Source of the DNA: Pavona decussata | Taxonomy: Eukaryota | Assembly: GCA_977016875.1 (NCBI GenBank) | Contig: CDRNST010000104.1 | Coordinates: forward strand, 5,270,001 to 5,334,000 | Reading direction: 5' to 3' | Length of the DNA: 64,000 bases | Shown: positions 63,140-64,000 of the stretch, piece after piece | Layout: every line of letters starts with the position of its first letter | Position numbering within the stretch: the stretch's first letter is position 1 | The notes under the pieces: model-generated | Told to the model about the DNA's origin: nothing | Databases searched by the model: none | What the model saw: the letters and a program-made list of their open reading frames with translations, nothing else | Program-made: the position numbers and the translations under genes

Positions 63140-64000
63140 GCCACAGATCGGTAATCATTTACCTGGAAATAACAGCAAACTGGGGCATTCATTTGCCAGT
63201 TTCTCCTTCTCTTTTCTTTTTTCTTTTCTTTTTTTCTTCTCCAATTTAAATCAACTGATTTTCCATTATAACTTGAATTAGTTAGGCTAAACTAAAATAT
63301 CTGTTGTGACCTTGGGTAATCATTTACCTGGAAACAACAACAAACTGGGGCATTCATTTGCCTGTTTCTACTTTTCGATAATTTTTTCACTTTTCACCAA
63401 TAAAAATCAATAGAGTTTCCATTTTGACTTGAATTAGTTAAAGGCCTCAATTAAATTATTGAAGAGTAGATGTCTGTTGTGACCTTGGGTAATCCTTTAC
63501 CTGGAAAAACAGCAAACGGGGGCATTCATTTGCCTGTTTCTCCTTTTCTTTTCTTTTTTCTTCTCCAATTCAAATCAACTGATTTTCCATTCTAACTTGA
63601 ATTAGTTAGGCTAAACTAAAATATCTGTGGTGACCTTGGCTAGTCATTTACCTGGAAACAACAACAAACTGGGGCATTCATTTACATGTTTTTCCTTTTC
63701 TTTTTTTCTTCTTCTCCAATTTAAATCAACTGATTTTCCATTCTAACTTGAATTAGTAAGGCTAAACTAAAATATCTGTTGTGACCTTGGGTAATCCTTT
63801 ACCTGGAAACAACAACAAACTGGGGCATTCATTTGCCCGTCTACTTTTTAATAATTTTTTCTTCAATCTGAATCAATAGTTTCAATTTTACCTTGAATTA
63901 GATAAGCTAAAATTAATTATTGAAGAGTAAATATCTGTTGTGAGCCTGGGTAATCCTGACAAACCGGGGCATTCATTTGCCCGAACTGACCTTGGCCAAG
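63140..64000. repeat. ~150-172-bp satellite, five full units plus a partial one
   Basis: GGTAATCATTTACCTGGAAACAACAACAAACTGGGGCATTCATTTG recurs at ~63151, 63316, 63488, 63640, 63790 and 63949. Confidence 0.9.

Overview
This is AT-rich, intron-containing eukaryotic DNA with one assembly gap (about 59795-59941). The repeat families suggest a cnidarian, probably a stony coral (inference). I found no convincing host gene; the window is almost entirely nested, decaying mobile elements. These include two Gypsy LTR retrotransposons, two BEL/Pao elements (one full-length with both LTRs, PBS, PPT and a 5-bp TSD), and an IS3EU-type DNA transposon with long TIRs carrying a HECT-like E3-ligase gene. Also present are several PIF/Harbinger-like elements with Myb/SANT partner genes and MITEs, Kolobok, hAT and Tigger remnants, CR1/L2 and R4/Dong-like LINE fragments, a tRNA-derived Nin/Deu-domain SINE, microsatellites and a ~160-bp satellite. 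The most unusual segment is 39.0-45.0 kb. It holds a degraded RAG1/Transib/Chapaev-like recombinase gene convergent with an unknown 206-aa gene. A ~180-bp protein-coding inverted repeat lies at the 5' end of each gene, and a Harbinger transposase sits head-to-head with the small gene, both ATGs within one 11-mer. All family assignments rest on motif recognition by eye; no database searches were run.
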